Origin: Neoechinorhynchus agilis
Lineage: Eukaryota > Animalia > Acanthocephala
Direction of reading: 5' to 3'
Assembly (NCBI GenBank): GCA_051530055.1
Contig: CM121342.1
Location: forward strand, 5,269,489 to 5,333,488
DNA length: 64,000 nucleotides
Shown here piece by piece: positions 1 to 13,100 of this stretch. A program made the position numbers and the translations under genes. The notes under the pieces were generated by a model, which was not told the DNA's origin, made no database searches, and saw only the letters and a list, made by a program, of their open reading frames with translations. Each line of letters starts with the position of its first letter. Position 1 is the stretch's first letter.

Positions 1-1166
1 CTTGTTTTATTTTGTGAAGATAAATGGAGATTTATTTATTGATTCCTTCTGACGATATTTCCTTTTTTCTTGTAAACTTCGGGTTTAAAAGGTAGGTTTT
101 CTTTTTCGTTTTGAGAGCTGAGGTTTCTTTGCACATCATTTTCGTCCCTGATCTCGGAACCTTGTTTTATTTGGTGATGAGAAACAGAGATTTATTTATT
201 AATTCCTTACAATATTTCCTTTTTTCTTGTAAACTTCGGGTTTAAAAGGTAGGTTTTCTTTTTTCGTTTTGAGAGCTGAGATTTCTTTGCACATCATTTT
301 CGTCCCTGATCTTGGAACCTTGTTTTATTTGGTGATGAGAAACAGAGATTTATTTATTAATTCCTTACAATATTTCCTTTTTTCTTGTAAACTTCGGGTT
401 TAAAAGGTAGATTTTCTTTTTTCGTTTTGAGAGCTGAGGTTTCTTTGCACATCGTTTTCGTCCCTGATCTTGGAACCTTGTTTTATTTGGTGATGAGAAA
501 TAGAGATTTATTTATTGATTCCTTCTGACGATATTTCCTTTTTTCTTGTAAACTTCGGGTTTAAAAGGTAGGTTTTCTTTTTTTCGTTTTGAGCTGAGGT
601 TTCTTTGCACATCGTTTTCGTCCCTGATCTTGGAACCTTGCTTTATTTTGTGAAGATAAAATGGAGATTTATTTATTGATTCCTTCTGACGATATTTCCT
701 TTTTTCTTGTAAACTTCGGGTTTAAAAGGTAGGTTTTCTTTTTCGTTTTGAGAGCTGAGGTTTCTTTGCACATCATTTTCGTCCCTGATCTTGGAACCTT
801 GTTTTATTTGGTGATGAGAAATAGAGATTTATTTATTGATTCCTTCTGACGATATTTCCTTTTTTTCTTGTAAACTTCGGGTTCAAAAGGTAGGTTTTCT
901 TTTTTCGTTTTTAGACCTGAGGTTTCTTTGCACATCATTTTCGTCCCTGATCTTGGAACCTTGTTTTATTTTGTGATGAGAAATAGAGATTTATTTATTA
1001 ATTCCTTACAATATTTCCTTTCTTCTTGTAAACTTCGGGTTTAAAAGGTAGGTTTTCTTTTTTCGTTTTGAGAGCTGAGGTTTCTTTGCACATCATTTTC
1101 GCCCTGATCTCGGAACCTTGTTTTGTTTGGTGATTAATTTATTGATTCCTTACAATATTTCCTTCT
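1..1166. repeat. AT-rich tandem satellite, ~159-bp unit, ~7.3 copies (array continues past the window start)
   Basis: Unit starts (CTTGTTTT...) at 1, 161, 319, 477, 637, 798, 960 and 1117, with near-identical copies. Confidence 0.97.
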
Positions 1167-1483
1167 TTTTTTTCGACAATCATGAATGAGCATTTTCTAT
1201 GTCTCACGGAACAAAATGGGTCTCTGAGCAACTTCCTTGTACCAAAGCCAAATCGCACTCGTGGTGCGGCCAAGTTTCTCATCGGCATTTTCTGGACGGT
1301 ATTATGGTTGATTCGTAACCATGGTAACCAAAGCACCTGCCTTTTTGCGGACGGGCACGTGACACAATCGCACATGCGCGGGTGCACGTGTACGCGTCGT
1401 CGTCGCCGCCGCCGCTGCCCTCCCCCCCGCTCGCAGCACTTGGCGGTTCGTTGACAGTGATTTTTGTAGATAGTAATTTCAGA

Positions 1484-2827
1484 ATGCCAGCCCAAACAAG
1501 ACAATCATCAAAACTGAAGGAGAACACGAAAAGATGCACCAGAGCGCCGGGTGGTGCTGCTGTCAAATCGATAAAGTCAGTTGTTCCATCGGCCTCTATC
1601 CCTTACCGTGCGGCGGCGGCGGCGGTCAAGCGCGTGGCTGCAGCTTCGTCTTGCACAGCGAAGGCTGTGAAACTGTCGCAGCAGCAGCAACAACCCAGGG
1701 AAAGCCGGGTATTGAGACCTTTGAACGCTCAGTGGTTGAACGAAAGACGGACTGTGAGACGAGAAATAAGCAGTGTCGGTGGTAACAAAAGACATAGTCA
1801 GGTATTTCCAGTCAAATACGCCGACGAAAAGGACGACTTCGAATGCAGGGCTTATGCTTTTAGAGTCTACGAGTACCTTAGGGACCTTGAGGATCGGCAC
1901 AGAGCGGTCGAAACTCATCCGGACAAATATGTATGCGCCAAATCGAGGTCGTTTGTCATCAACTGGCTCATAAGCAAATGCTTTTTGTTGGGGTTTTCAT
2001 TCTTTTGTTAAGATTTCAATCAAAGAAAGGATGGTCGGTTTTGTTGAAACATTTCATGTTTTTCCGACATAAAAAGCATTTGGGTAAATATCCACCGGAG
2101 ATTTCACATGAAACAGGAGACACTTCAATTGTCCATACGATATTTTGACAAGTACATTGAGAATGTTCAATATAGTCATGGTGAAGTACAGCTCATAGCA
2201 TTAACTAGCCTATTTATAGCTAGCAAGTACGAAGAAACGTACATTCCCACACTGGACGACTTCCTTTTCTTGACCGATGGATCCTATGAGGTTCAACGAA
2301 TGCTGGATTTTGAACAAAGATTCCTTACAATACTAAACTACGAACTAGGACTTCCCAGTCCCATCAATTTCCTGAAAAGAGCCTCCAAAATCAGCGGCGT
2401 GAACCATGCAACCTATTTGTTCGCCCTCTATCTCATCGAACTCTGGTTTTTTGACCTTGAACTGGTCCGTCAATGGTCACCATCGCATGTCGCAAGCGTT
2501 GCTCTGTACGTCTCAATGGTCGGACACAATGTAGTGCCCGTGTGGTCGCCGGCAGTCGCATTCCATATGAAAGTTAGCGAGGATCAAGTGGAGCAGGACT
2601 CTAGAAGACTCTGCAGCCTCATCGACAAAGTGGACCAATTGGGATGCTCAGCCGTTTGTGAGAAATACACAATCGCTCTAATGAACTACGTCGCAACCAA
2701 CACCTACATAGCCACCTTTGTCCTCAGGAGCAATGGGTATCTCAGACCCTCTGTTTGCAGTGGTCGTGAAAATAGAGAGAATATCGGAATTCCTGATTAT
2801 TTTAGTAGAGGATCTAGGAAAAATTAA
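1484..2827 (+). CDS. CCNB: B-type cyclin; two exons separated by a non-canonical 114-nt intron (1974-2087)
   Basis: Cyclin box restored by removing 1974-2087: RSFVINWLI-N-IHRRFHMKQETL, followed by IASKYEE and LNYELGLPSPINFLKRASK. First ATG at 1484. Confidence 0.88.
1974..2087 (+). other. Non-canonical intron (GC..AA; slides to AG..TA) closed by a 12-bp perfect inverted repeat
   Basis: In-frame TAA at 2009-2011. Arms CAAATGCTTTTT (1975-1986) and AAAAAGCATTTG (2071-2082). TAA direct repeat at both junctions. Confidence 0.8.
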
Positions 2828-2879
2828 CAGTGTGCTAATGTGAGTGATCGCGCATATCAACAACGACGACGACGACGAA

Positions 2880-3225
2880 CACATAAACGTGAATTTTATT
2901 TCTGCTGAGGGGCAGGGAGGGCCAAGCCGTTTTTTGTTGTACAGAGGATGAACAATGCCGTCTTCACTCTTGTCGTTCAAATTTCGGATAAGCTTTGGCT
3001 TTTGCGATATTCTTTTATTCCAATTTCTTTTTTGAACAGATCTAAGCTTAAGCCACTCAATGTGTAACAAGTGTGGTAATAGTCCGGACTTCTAAATGGA
3101 TTCTCCGTGTGGTTCGTCTTCGATCGGTTTCAATGGTATTAAAACGTGAAATGCGATTACTTTTAACCTGCTAGAAAAAAGCTATTCGATGCACACTCAG
3201 AATATTTTTCGAATATTCCCGATTC
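2880..3225 (-). pseudogene. Diverged tandem duplicate of the FNTB last exon plus its upstream intron
   Basis: About 3045-3220 is near-identical to about 3496-3660 (451-bp offset). The acceptor and SPDYYHTCYTLSGLS are kept, then the copy diverges and stops early. Confidence 0.8.
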
Positions 3226-3343
3226 GACCGAAAACGATTGAATTGGTGAAACGGAGAGCAGCATTTTTTTTCAAAATTCAAGACTATTACCAAAAAGACT
3301 AAAGTTGCCAACATCATCTCAGACAAACACATAAACGTGAATT

Positions 3344-5073
<1,730 letters not shown>

Positions 5074-5607
5074 CTAGAATTCTGTTGAAACAATATCAAG
5101 TCTTTCTTGAAAGAAAATATTTCCGAGAGCTTTCACCGTCTTTTTGAGGAATCTAAAAAGGAACGTGAAAATGCGTGTTAGGAAATCCCGTTGGAATTAT
5201 CTATTTCTGGGGAGAATCGATAAAAAGCATGATCACTTCGATCTCGATTTCCCGGACGGTTGGGAAAAGTTTTTGTACCGAAAATGCGAACAAGAAAGGC
5301 GACAAAGTCCCAGCTCAATAGTCGGGACGAACTTTCCGGTTCGATGTCGCTACTTTAATAGTTGGTATTGGATTGTCGACTGATTTCTCAACTGCATGTT
5401 GACTCTTTGACGCGAGTAATCTCGCTACACCTGTAATTTTCCATTCGCCTTAAAATAAAGTAGAATTTCACAAGATGGTAGTGAAAGAAGATTAAATCAA
5501 AGGGGGCAACGAAATTCCATCAATGTACTAATTTTTTGTTGTTGTGAATGGGACGCTGTGATTCTTCCACGTCGACACAAAAAGTCATTTTCTCGCATTG
5601 CTTCTTG

Positions 5608-5947
5608 GAGGAAACTCACTGATGAGTCCCGCCTCGTCGGGAGGTATCTGAGAATCCGGACGAATGGAAACTTTAACGTTTGCGATAGATTCTTTCTCTC
5701 CGTACAAGGCCGACGGTCCACCGAGGAGACGAAATAACGCGTGTTGGAGGGAAGAGGAAACTCACCAATGAGAGTCCCGCCTCCTCCTGGAGAAGTATCC
5801 GAGAATCTGGAGGGGGCATTGAGCACAGACCAGCACCGTCCCAGACCAATGAATCGGCGATGGACGGCGGGTGTCCATTCGGCCGTTTATGGAAAAATAT
5901 CTATCAAAAGACTCCCGGCTGAGCCACATATGAAAAATTCTAAAAAA
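5608..5947. repeat. Dispersed structured repeat shared with 21476-21697
   Basis: A ~55-nt module (GAAACTCACTGATGAGTCC...GGACGA) occurs here in one near-exact and one diverged copy. A ~135-nt block (5812-5946) matches 21562-21697. Confidence 0.85.
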
Positions 5948-6254
5948 AATCGTTCCTATTTAGTTTCAAGATATTTGTGCCAAAATGGTCCACGATGTGT
6001 GGTGATCTTGAATCAAATCGCGTTTTTCACTGATAATTGAGGATTATGGTTCGCGGTCCGAGAAATTTGCGGAAAATCGGCAAAACGTTGCGTTTCATTG
6101 GTCCACAAATTCCCTCCTCCCCGCTGACATTTTCTAGGTTTGAATTTTCGCCTACTCTTACTCATTCGAACAAACCCAAGTGCTCATATATTTAGCACGA
6201 ACGAGTTTTTTAAACGACTCGAATGAGTTCAAAAACTCTACAAAAAAAAGGAGC

Positions 6255-8088
6255 ATGAGTTCGGATTTGCTCTACAAAAGTATCCAGGAACTCTGTGCTC
6301 AATTTTCTTGCCCATTTGTCGTCCGATCCGAAGACTCCGGCGATCTCTGCATCGCGTACGAGATAATCCAATCGAATTACGTTCATGCCAAATATTTCCC
6401 AAACGACTCATCGACCAATTATGACCACGTTGGCATTCCTATGAGATATCCAGGTACGTCTCCTTTAAAAGAAACCCTATAAAACGTCAAGTTTATAAAG
6501 GACCCACTTTAAAAGTGAATACTTTGCACCCGAAAGGGATGGGGAAGCGAATCATGAAAAAGCTTTTTAACGAGCACTAATTTGTTGGAAAATTCCACAA
6601 AAAATTATTTTTTTATGAATCTTTCAACGGCACAAAACGTGCAATCACCACCGTCCGCAAAATCTTAGCTTCTCTCCTTCATCGGCTGTCGCTATAACGC
6701 TAGCAGCATTGTTTCGTAACAACCAAGCTTTAGAATCTTTCACTTTAAGTCCTTAAATATTGCCATTAATGGCAACTTTTTTTACGTTAAAGTGCCCATT
6801 TTCAATTTATTTGAACAGCCTTGTTTTCCGAATAGGTCTCTTCTACATCGTTCCAAACGACAATTCTGAGCTATTTGGCGGTCTCGATAACGAAACTGAT
6901 CTACGCGCCCTAAATGAAAAACTACAGATCACTCAGAGATCTTCTAAATTCCTAGTTAACAAATCACTGAAGTGCTATATGCTCCAAGCGGACGATGAAC
7001 AGTCTTTACGGAAAGTGGAATATAATGTTGAACCGTGTAACATTGTTCGCATTGGTAGTAAAACTCTTTCCGTGACCTATTTCGAAGATCCAAGCTTAAC
7101 TTCAATCCTGATCAACTTCTTCTTCTTGTGCAAAATCGATCAGAGCATTCCTGTTCGCGATAAAGCTCTATCTGTTGCTGTAAATGATTTTAATCTGCTT
7201 ATATCGTTAAACACCGAAGAACAAATCGATCTTGTTCCTGTTGCGTCGTATGGATCCACTAATATACACAAGTTGCACACTATAATGAACATACCGGGAA
7301 GTGATTGGAAATCGGGTATCAGTTTTAATGAACCTAATCGACTTAGTGATTTTGCGCCACTATGGGTCTTGTTTCCCATCTACGGCCACAAATTAAGAAA
7401 TTAGTCAACGTCTTGTAACACCAATCATCTTTTCGTTCAAAATGGTGTCTAACGGTTTCTTGGTTCGCCTTTAAAAATATGGTTGACAAAGCCGGTGCTG
7501 AGGGTGATTATAGTAATGAAAAGAGTAGAGAAAAGCTTTTCCCAACTACTTCCTGTAAGCACAGCATTTGGTGCTCCCGTTAGAGTAAAACTGTATCATT
7601 CAGGGCATTATTTCATCAATGAAGAAAGCTTCACTAGGGGTTGGTTTGAAATTCGAAGTAGTCGAACTGAGCAACTGGTTTGTATGTACAACCTCAAATC
7701 AGAAAGTGCGCAATTGGTTTCGATCGATTCAAAACAAACGTACAGTTATTATGGCCACTACGAAACAGTTCGTTTGAATATCAACGAACACGCACTAAAG
7801 AGACGATGCTTACAGGAATCTTGGACGTATTTGCATTCTATAAGCCCAGTTAATGTGCCTAAGGTTGGACTTGTCGCACCAACCAACACTTCAACACCGA
7901 TAATCAAGTTACGTTCAAAACCAAAAATCGAAAAAGCACTATTCAGTGTATCGAGTGACCTAGAGGAGGCTAGGAAACGATTTAAAAGCCGAAGCGTATC
8001 TGAAAATGAAGAAAAGAGCACTTGTGAACAAGATGAAGCTGAAACCTTCGACGAACTCGAGTCCCATTGGAAAGGTAATATTGTCTGA
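6255..8088 (+). CDS. Unidentified multi-exon protein-coding gene
   Basis: ORFs 6180-6482, 6760-7404 and 7483-8088. Canonical phase-1 intron about 6453-6836 (CCAG|gtacgt..aatag|GT). The junction near 7400-7600 is unresolved. Confidence 0.55.
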
Positions 8089-8795
8089 ATTTAAATAAGA
8101 ACACACAAAAGTGATAGAAATAAATTAGAGTATTCGAATCCACCTGATAAAATTTTTTCACTTTTTTGTAATTTAGTGATTCAAACGAAGATTAATCCAA
8201 ATACGAGGAATAATAAATCTTAGCAGAATTTGACTATATTGTTGCCTACGGCGTTCTTCGGCACGCAACCATTGTTTCCTCTGCAATGGCACATTTAAGG
8301 GATTCTCGTGGACGATCTCTATACCGAGCGCTCCAACTACACACCAAGGAGTTAATCCGATAAATTCAAAGGCGAATTTTTTAGTTGTGATGTTTCAACC
8401 GTCCTTTTTTTTCTGAAATTCATGTATAATGTGATTTTTTCGCTACATAAGAACTAAAGAATTTACGAATATGTTCGATCGATGGTGCTTAAAAACTACA
8501 GAGTATTGGGAGACAAAAAGGTTTTTTTGGAAACTACTGCTAAAATGCAGGAAGATTAGAATGGTTTTAAGGACTTCTGTAAAGAAGTTTCGTTAGAAAG
8601 CGAAGATTTTTGTGTAGTGGCAGCGAATAAAAACGCGTTTTTTTGGTTTACTGTTTGGTGTTATTACACACTAATGAACAAGCTGTTCGTTTCCTTGAAT
8701 AGATAGCACACTTTCTGCATCTATTCTATTAAGTGTCCGGAATCGCAGCATTCTCGCTTGTTCTCCGTAAATAGTATCCAATCGATTATATTGAT

Positions 8796-8933
8796 TTAGC
8801 AACAGGAGCAACTGATACAGCAGCATCCCAATGTGTAGCAAAGGCAATAGGGCCTGTATGAAATGGTGCATACTGAACAACAAGGAACACAGCAACAACA
8901 AGGGCACGACGATAAACAATAACACACCGCCAT
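8796..8933 (-). CDS. Small cysteine-rich peptide, 45 aa with 18 Cys (below the ORF-track length cutoff)
   Basis: Manual translation ATG 8933 to TAA 8796: MAVCYCLSSCPCCCCVPCCSVCTISYRPYCLCYTLGCCCISCSCC. Confidence 0.55.
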   Translation of the reverse strand: MAVCYCLSSCPCCCCVPCCSVCTISYRPYCLCYTLGCCCISCSCC

Positions 8934-9244
8934 TGGAACCTATCCTCGAATCGAGTAAAAAAGTTCTCGTTGGTTGTTTAAGGAAAACCCACTCTCCTTC
9001 CATTTATGAACACGGCAGCCAAAAATGATTGCAGCTTCATTCATCAGACGGTGTACAATTGATTTGTAACTTTAAAATTGTGATTCATCCATGTGAAATG
9101 GGCGGTCTGTTACCGAAATGCGCAGAAAAATGACACAGAAACAAGAAATAGTCAGTCCTAGAATTACTCTTTTCATCAAATCAAGTTTAACCATCAATAT
9201 AGTAGTCACTTTTTTCCTGTTGCCCAATTTTTTTTATTCAAAAC

Positions 9245-9528
9245 ACACTATGGCCAAGTCCTTCGCTGATTTACTGTAGCGACCGCAGCGTCGGAAAACG
9301 GCAACGTTGAGCTGAATGCGAGCTTTCATTTTGTGCCTTTCGGGATCGAAACGTCCGTAGCCCTCAGAGAATCCGCAGTTTCAGATATAGCAAAGAGGTC
9401 GATGGCGATGAAAAGGGACCCGTGTGCGACATCTATCCTTAACCAAAACGTCTCCCTCGCAGTATGCTGCCAGCGTGAGGAAAACCGCGGCTACACAGAA
9501 CATTATCTTCCAAAACTTGTAAATTTTA
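9245..9528 (+). mobile_element. 5'-truncated CRE-like retrotransposon 3' fragment
   Basis: Near-identical to the 3' part of the minus-strand fragment at 36295-36620 (PFGIETSVALRESAVSDIAKR...), with a short internal deletion. Confidence 0.8.
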
Positions 9529-10318
9529 TCAAATAAACAACAGTTACAATAGTTGATTTCGTCTCGTATGTCGAATGTTCGCTCATTTATCTTTATCGAA
9601 ATAAAATTGGTTCTTTTAGGCTACCATTGAACTTCGAACCTACCAACTCAACATGCATCCCAAAAAATGGCGAAAATTCAAAAGATCCCCTGAACGTCCG
9701 ATAAATCTTCCAAAATGAACTATTTGATTGTTACGTATACACAACTGAAGTGTAAAGACGATAACGTTTTTGTTTTGGGCAGGGATCTAGATTGTGATTT
9801 TCCACTGCGACACTTAACCTGTTGTTTTTGCCAAGTTTTAAGGAATGCAAGATTATTACGATATTTGTGGTGTGCCTATGACAGAAATAATGACCGAATC
9901 CTGCTTATCCACTAAATTTTCGCATTATGACAGAATGATAATTTTAACTAAATCAAAGTCAACACCAAACGTCTTTTAATTGGTGAATATTCAATGTTCT
10001 TCAAATCCGTTCTTATTAGTAGTAATAAAAAATATGGAGCCGATCACGGTCGACGGTTCACTGGGAAATGATGATGATTTAAAAGCCATCATTGATCGAA
10101 ATCTGATACACGATCAAACAACCATTCGTTTTTGATGAGTGCTAATTGCCAAATTAGTAATTAACTGACTGGATCTCAAGCAATGCTCAAACAATATTCT
10201 GTCCATTCATAAAGATGCCTCTTTTACCCAAATACTTTATTTTCTTTAAGTGGTATTTTAGAAAATCTTAAGGCCCGCAAAACACTTGATATACAAATAG
10301 AATTTCGAAGACGATCCA

Positions 10319-12100
10319 TTAATCGTTGCGTGTTGCGCCTTTGGGTATTTTTGGAACGACAACTGTTGTCAACGCGGATGAGGTACTACTCAGAAGTATA
10401 TCCTCGATAAATTCCTCGGCAAATTTCTCTGCGAAGCTTTGTTCATTAGACACACGACCATTTGACCCGTCATTCTTTATTTCAAAATGTTCTGATTCCT
10501 TACGTTTGTTAACGAATCTCCCTAACCATGTCAACCGACCGAATGCAAGATCACTGTCCCCTGTCGGTTTACTGGAATCTATAGAATGACCGGATAGAAT
10601 ACTGAGTTCGTTGAGAAATGAGAGATACGTTAAGCTCGACTTAAATTTTAAGTCGATGACCTTAATATGAGGATAAAGAACTTCGATCTGCCAAAAGTTT
10701 GATCAAACGTTTTGCATTATTTGATAGACGATCCACATTGCCTGATCGAATGTATCTGCTTCAATGTATCGTCCCTGCTGGTGGGAATCGATGATGCCCT
10801 TAATGTGCAGATTAGGACTTAGGCAACATTCAATTCGAGTCCGTAATGCCTCATCCAGACCAAGATAGTAATTACCCTGAGGACTAATGTATCTATGTTC
10901 GCATTTTTGACTTTTGTTTCGGGCAACAAATGGACTTACTTTCGATATATGGATATTCCATCCAGGAGAACTTCACTATATTGCTTAAACAATTTATTTC
11001 TTACGCAATATCGGAAATCATCCGACGCAAGCCAAAAGGAGAGAGCATTTGTTAATTTCGTGCTTTCACAAAACTAAATCAAAGTAGACGGTTGATATCG
11101 ACATAAACCTACCTCTCTCAAGTGTCGCAATGAGTGTTCATAATAGATTAAATCAGCCAAAGTGTATCGATGTTCCCTCAGTATTTGACGTTGATATCGA
11201 TAATGGTAAATGCTCTTCTGGTAGGCAGGGAAAATTTCCGCCTTGATTCGACTTTCGACTTTTTCATGAAGTCTCATCAATCGGTCAACACAACAGTCCG
11301 AGAAGTCTTGTTCTAAAGTTTTTCAGAAAACTATGAGCTTTAAATAGTTCGCTTTCGCGTTTATAACCTCATTAATTGTGCGATTTCTACTTGCATTAAA
11401 ATCAATTTATCGTTTTAAAAATCAAATATGGTTGCAATTCGGTCACATATTTTAAAAAGAATGCGAACTAAAAGTTCCTATCGTTTCACAAGTTTTACTG
11501 ATAAAAGTCGAAATTTCGATTGATTCTTTATCCGCCGACTTCGCACTTAATTATGGCTTCTACCATCACAAATCATTTTAACCTTGTAAAATTGTAAATG
11601 AAGGAAAAATAAATTATGACAATATGCAATCTTCAACGCCTACACAGAACTCACCTGAATTCGAGCACTCTAAATCACGATACCGTGATAGGATCTCGTC
11701 GATGTCTTTTTCATTTCGATCACCAGAACGAAGAATTTCCTTTGATTCTAGCAAAAACACGAGTGCATTTTGCTGGCGATTTGCGTGCAAGTACAACCAA
11801 AAAACTCTAAGCTCGTCATTGTCTTTAAAAACGAGATCCTCAAAACATCGACAAAATATCGACTTGCGATCAAAATCGGCATTTTTCCAGGTTGAAGTCT
11901 GTCTTGATTCCAATGCAATTTCCCAATATCGGTCATAGTCAAACAATCTCGTAATGGACATTCCATTTTCAGATTTTACGTCGATAACTTCTTTGAAAGT
12001 CAACGATTCCGGCTGAAACGGGATCATGTGAGAACTGTGAACTTCACCCTCGTCATTCGTTTTCATACCGTAGTCCGAATCCTCCTGAGCGTCTTCTTTC
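10319..12100 (-). CDS. AKAP10: AKAP10 / D-AKAP2-like protein: two RGS domains plus a C-terminal PKA-anchoring helix; 5' end not resolved
   Basis: RGS motifs (FCESTKLTNALSFWL, YISPQ, TFDQAMWIVYQIM), LAFGRLTWLGRFV, and the amphipathic helix SFAEKFAEEFIEDILL. Four canonical GT-AG introns join the exons in frame. Confidence 0.72.
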
Positions 12101-12794
12101 TATTGGCCATTCTCTGTGCTAAAATGTTAACCATCCGGACGAGAACAATTGTTGACGCTTCAAAGCGAATGGGAGGTGTGCACGTCAAGCAAAAGAAGGG
12201 CTGAATCACTTCAAAACGCCTTCAGTCTAACAAATTTGAGACACTGCTGCTCCTAAAATCAAGGCGTCTAGGTTAAATCGAAGGTATTTACGGACATAAA
12301 ATGTTGCTCTAAGATTTCGGCGCGCTGTTTGATGTGAGTTAATGAACACAGAAGCAATTTTGGTGAAGTCTGACTATTCTAAAAAAGCACTCGCTGAATC
12401 AGATTTACTGCGATCAATCGAATTATCAAGTATTATCAGCTTCAGCAAAGGTTCATAATGCTTGTTCAGACGCATCAAGCGACGCCCGCATCGAGAATGT
12501 CACCGTAAAAAAATCAAATATCGCATTAAAGTTGTCAGTGACCCAAAAAGATTTCATAAAGTTGGATGCCACAATCAGTTATTGTCTGTTAACGTTAAAA
12601 AAGAAGACGAAATGTCGCAAGGTGTCGGTGGCAAATTAGAACCACCCAGAATTGTATACCACAATCGGTTATTGTCTACAATTTAGTCAGAAGCGACCTC
12701 AAAAACATTTTATCTCTAGGTCCATTCCAATTTTTCCATTTCACTAACGTTTTTTTGTGTAAGTGGAAAGTCGCTTTACCACACTAGTTAACTA

Positions 12795-13100
12795 GTCCCC
12801 CGCAACAACGTCCGCCGCAACAATGTCCCCCGCAACAATGTCCGCCGCAACAACGTCCCCCGCAATAATGTCCCCCGCAACAACGTCCGCCGCAACAATG
12901 TCCCCCGCAACAATGTCCGCCGCAACAACGTCCCCCGCAATAATGTCCCCCGCAACAACGTCCCCCGCAACAATGTCCCCCGCAACAACGTCCGCCGCAA
13001 CAACGTCCCCCGCAATAATGTCCCCCGCAACAACGTCCCCCGCAACAATGTCCCCCGCAACAATGTCCGCCGCAATAATGTCCCCCGCAACAACGTCCGC
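12795..13100 (+). repeat. 15-bp GC-rich minisatellite, ~20 copies, at the 5' end of the retroelement
   Basis: Unit GTCC(C/G)CCGCAA(C/T)AA(C/T); reads MSPAT/TSAAT in the element's frame. Confidence 0.95.

Noticed and set aside
5611-5670. Hammerhead ribozyme (CTGATGA-GTCC...GGAC-GAA), also at 21484-21530
   Set aside because: GAAA is missing after stem II (GAAT here, GAGG in the other copy), no stem I/III or cleavage triplet is evident, and CTGATGA is sequestered in an ACTCA/TGAGT hairpin.
7395-7490. Possible hairpin intron in the 6.2-8.1-kb gene
   Set aside because: Only short scattered pairings; the protein is unrecognised so the junction is unconstrained, and a canonical option exists.
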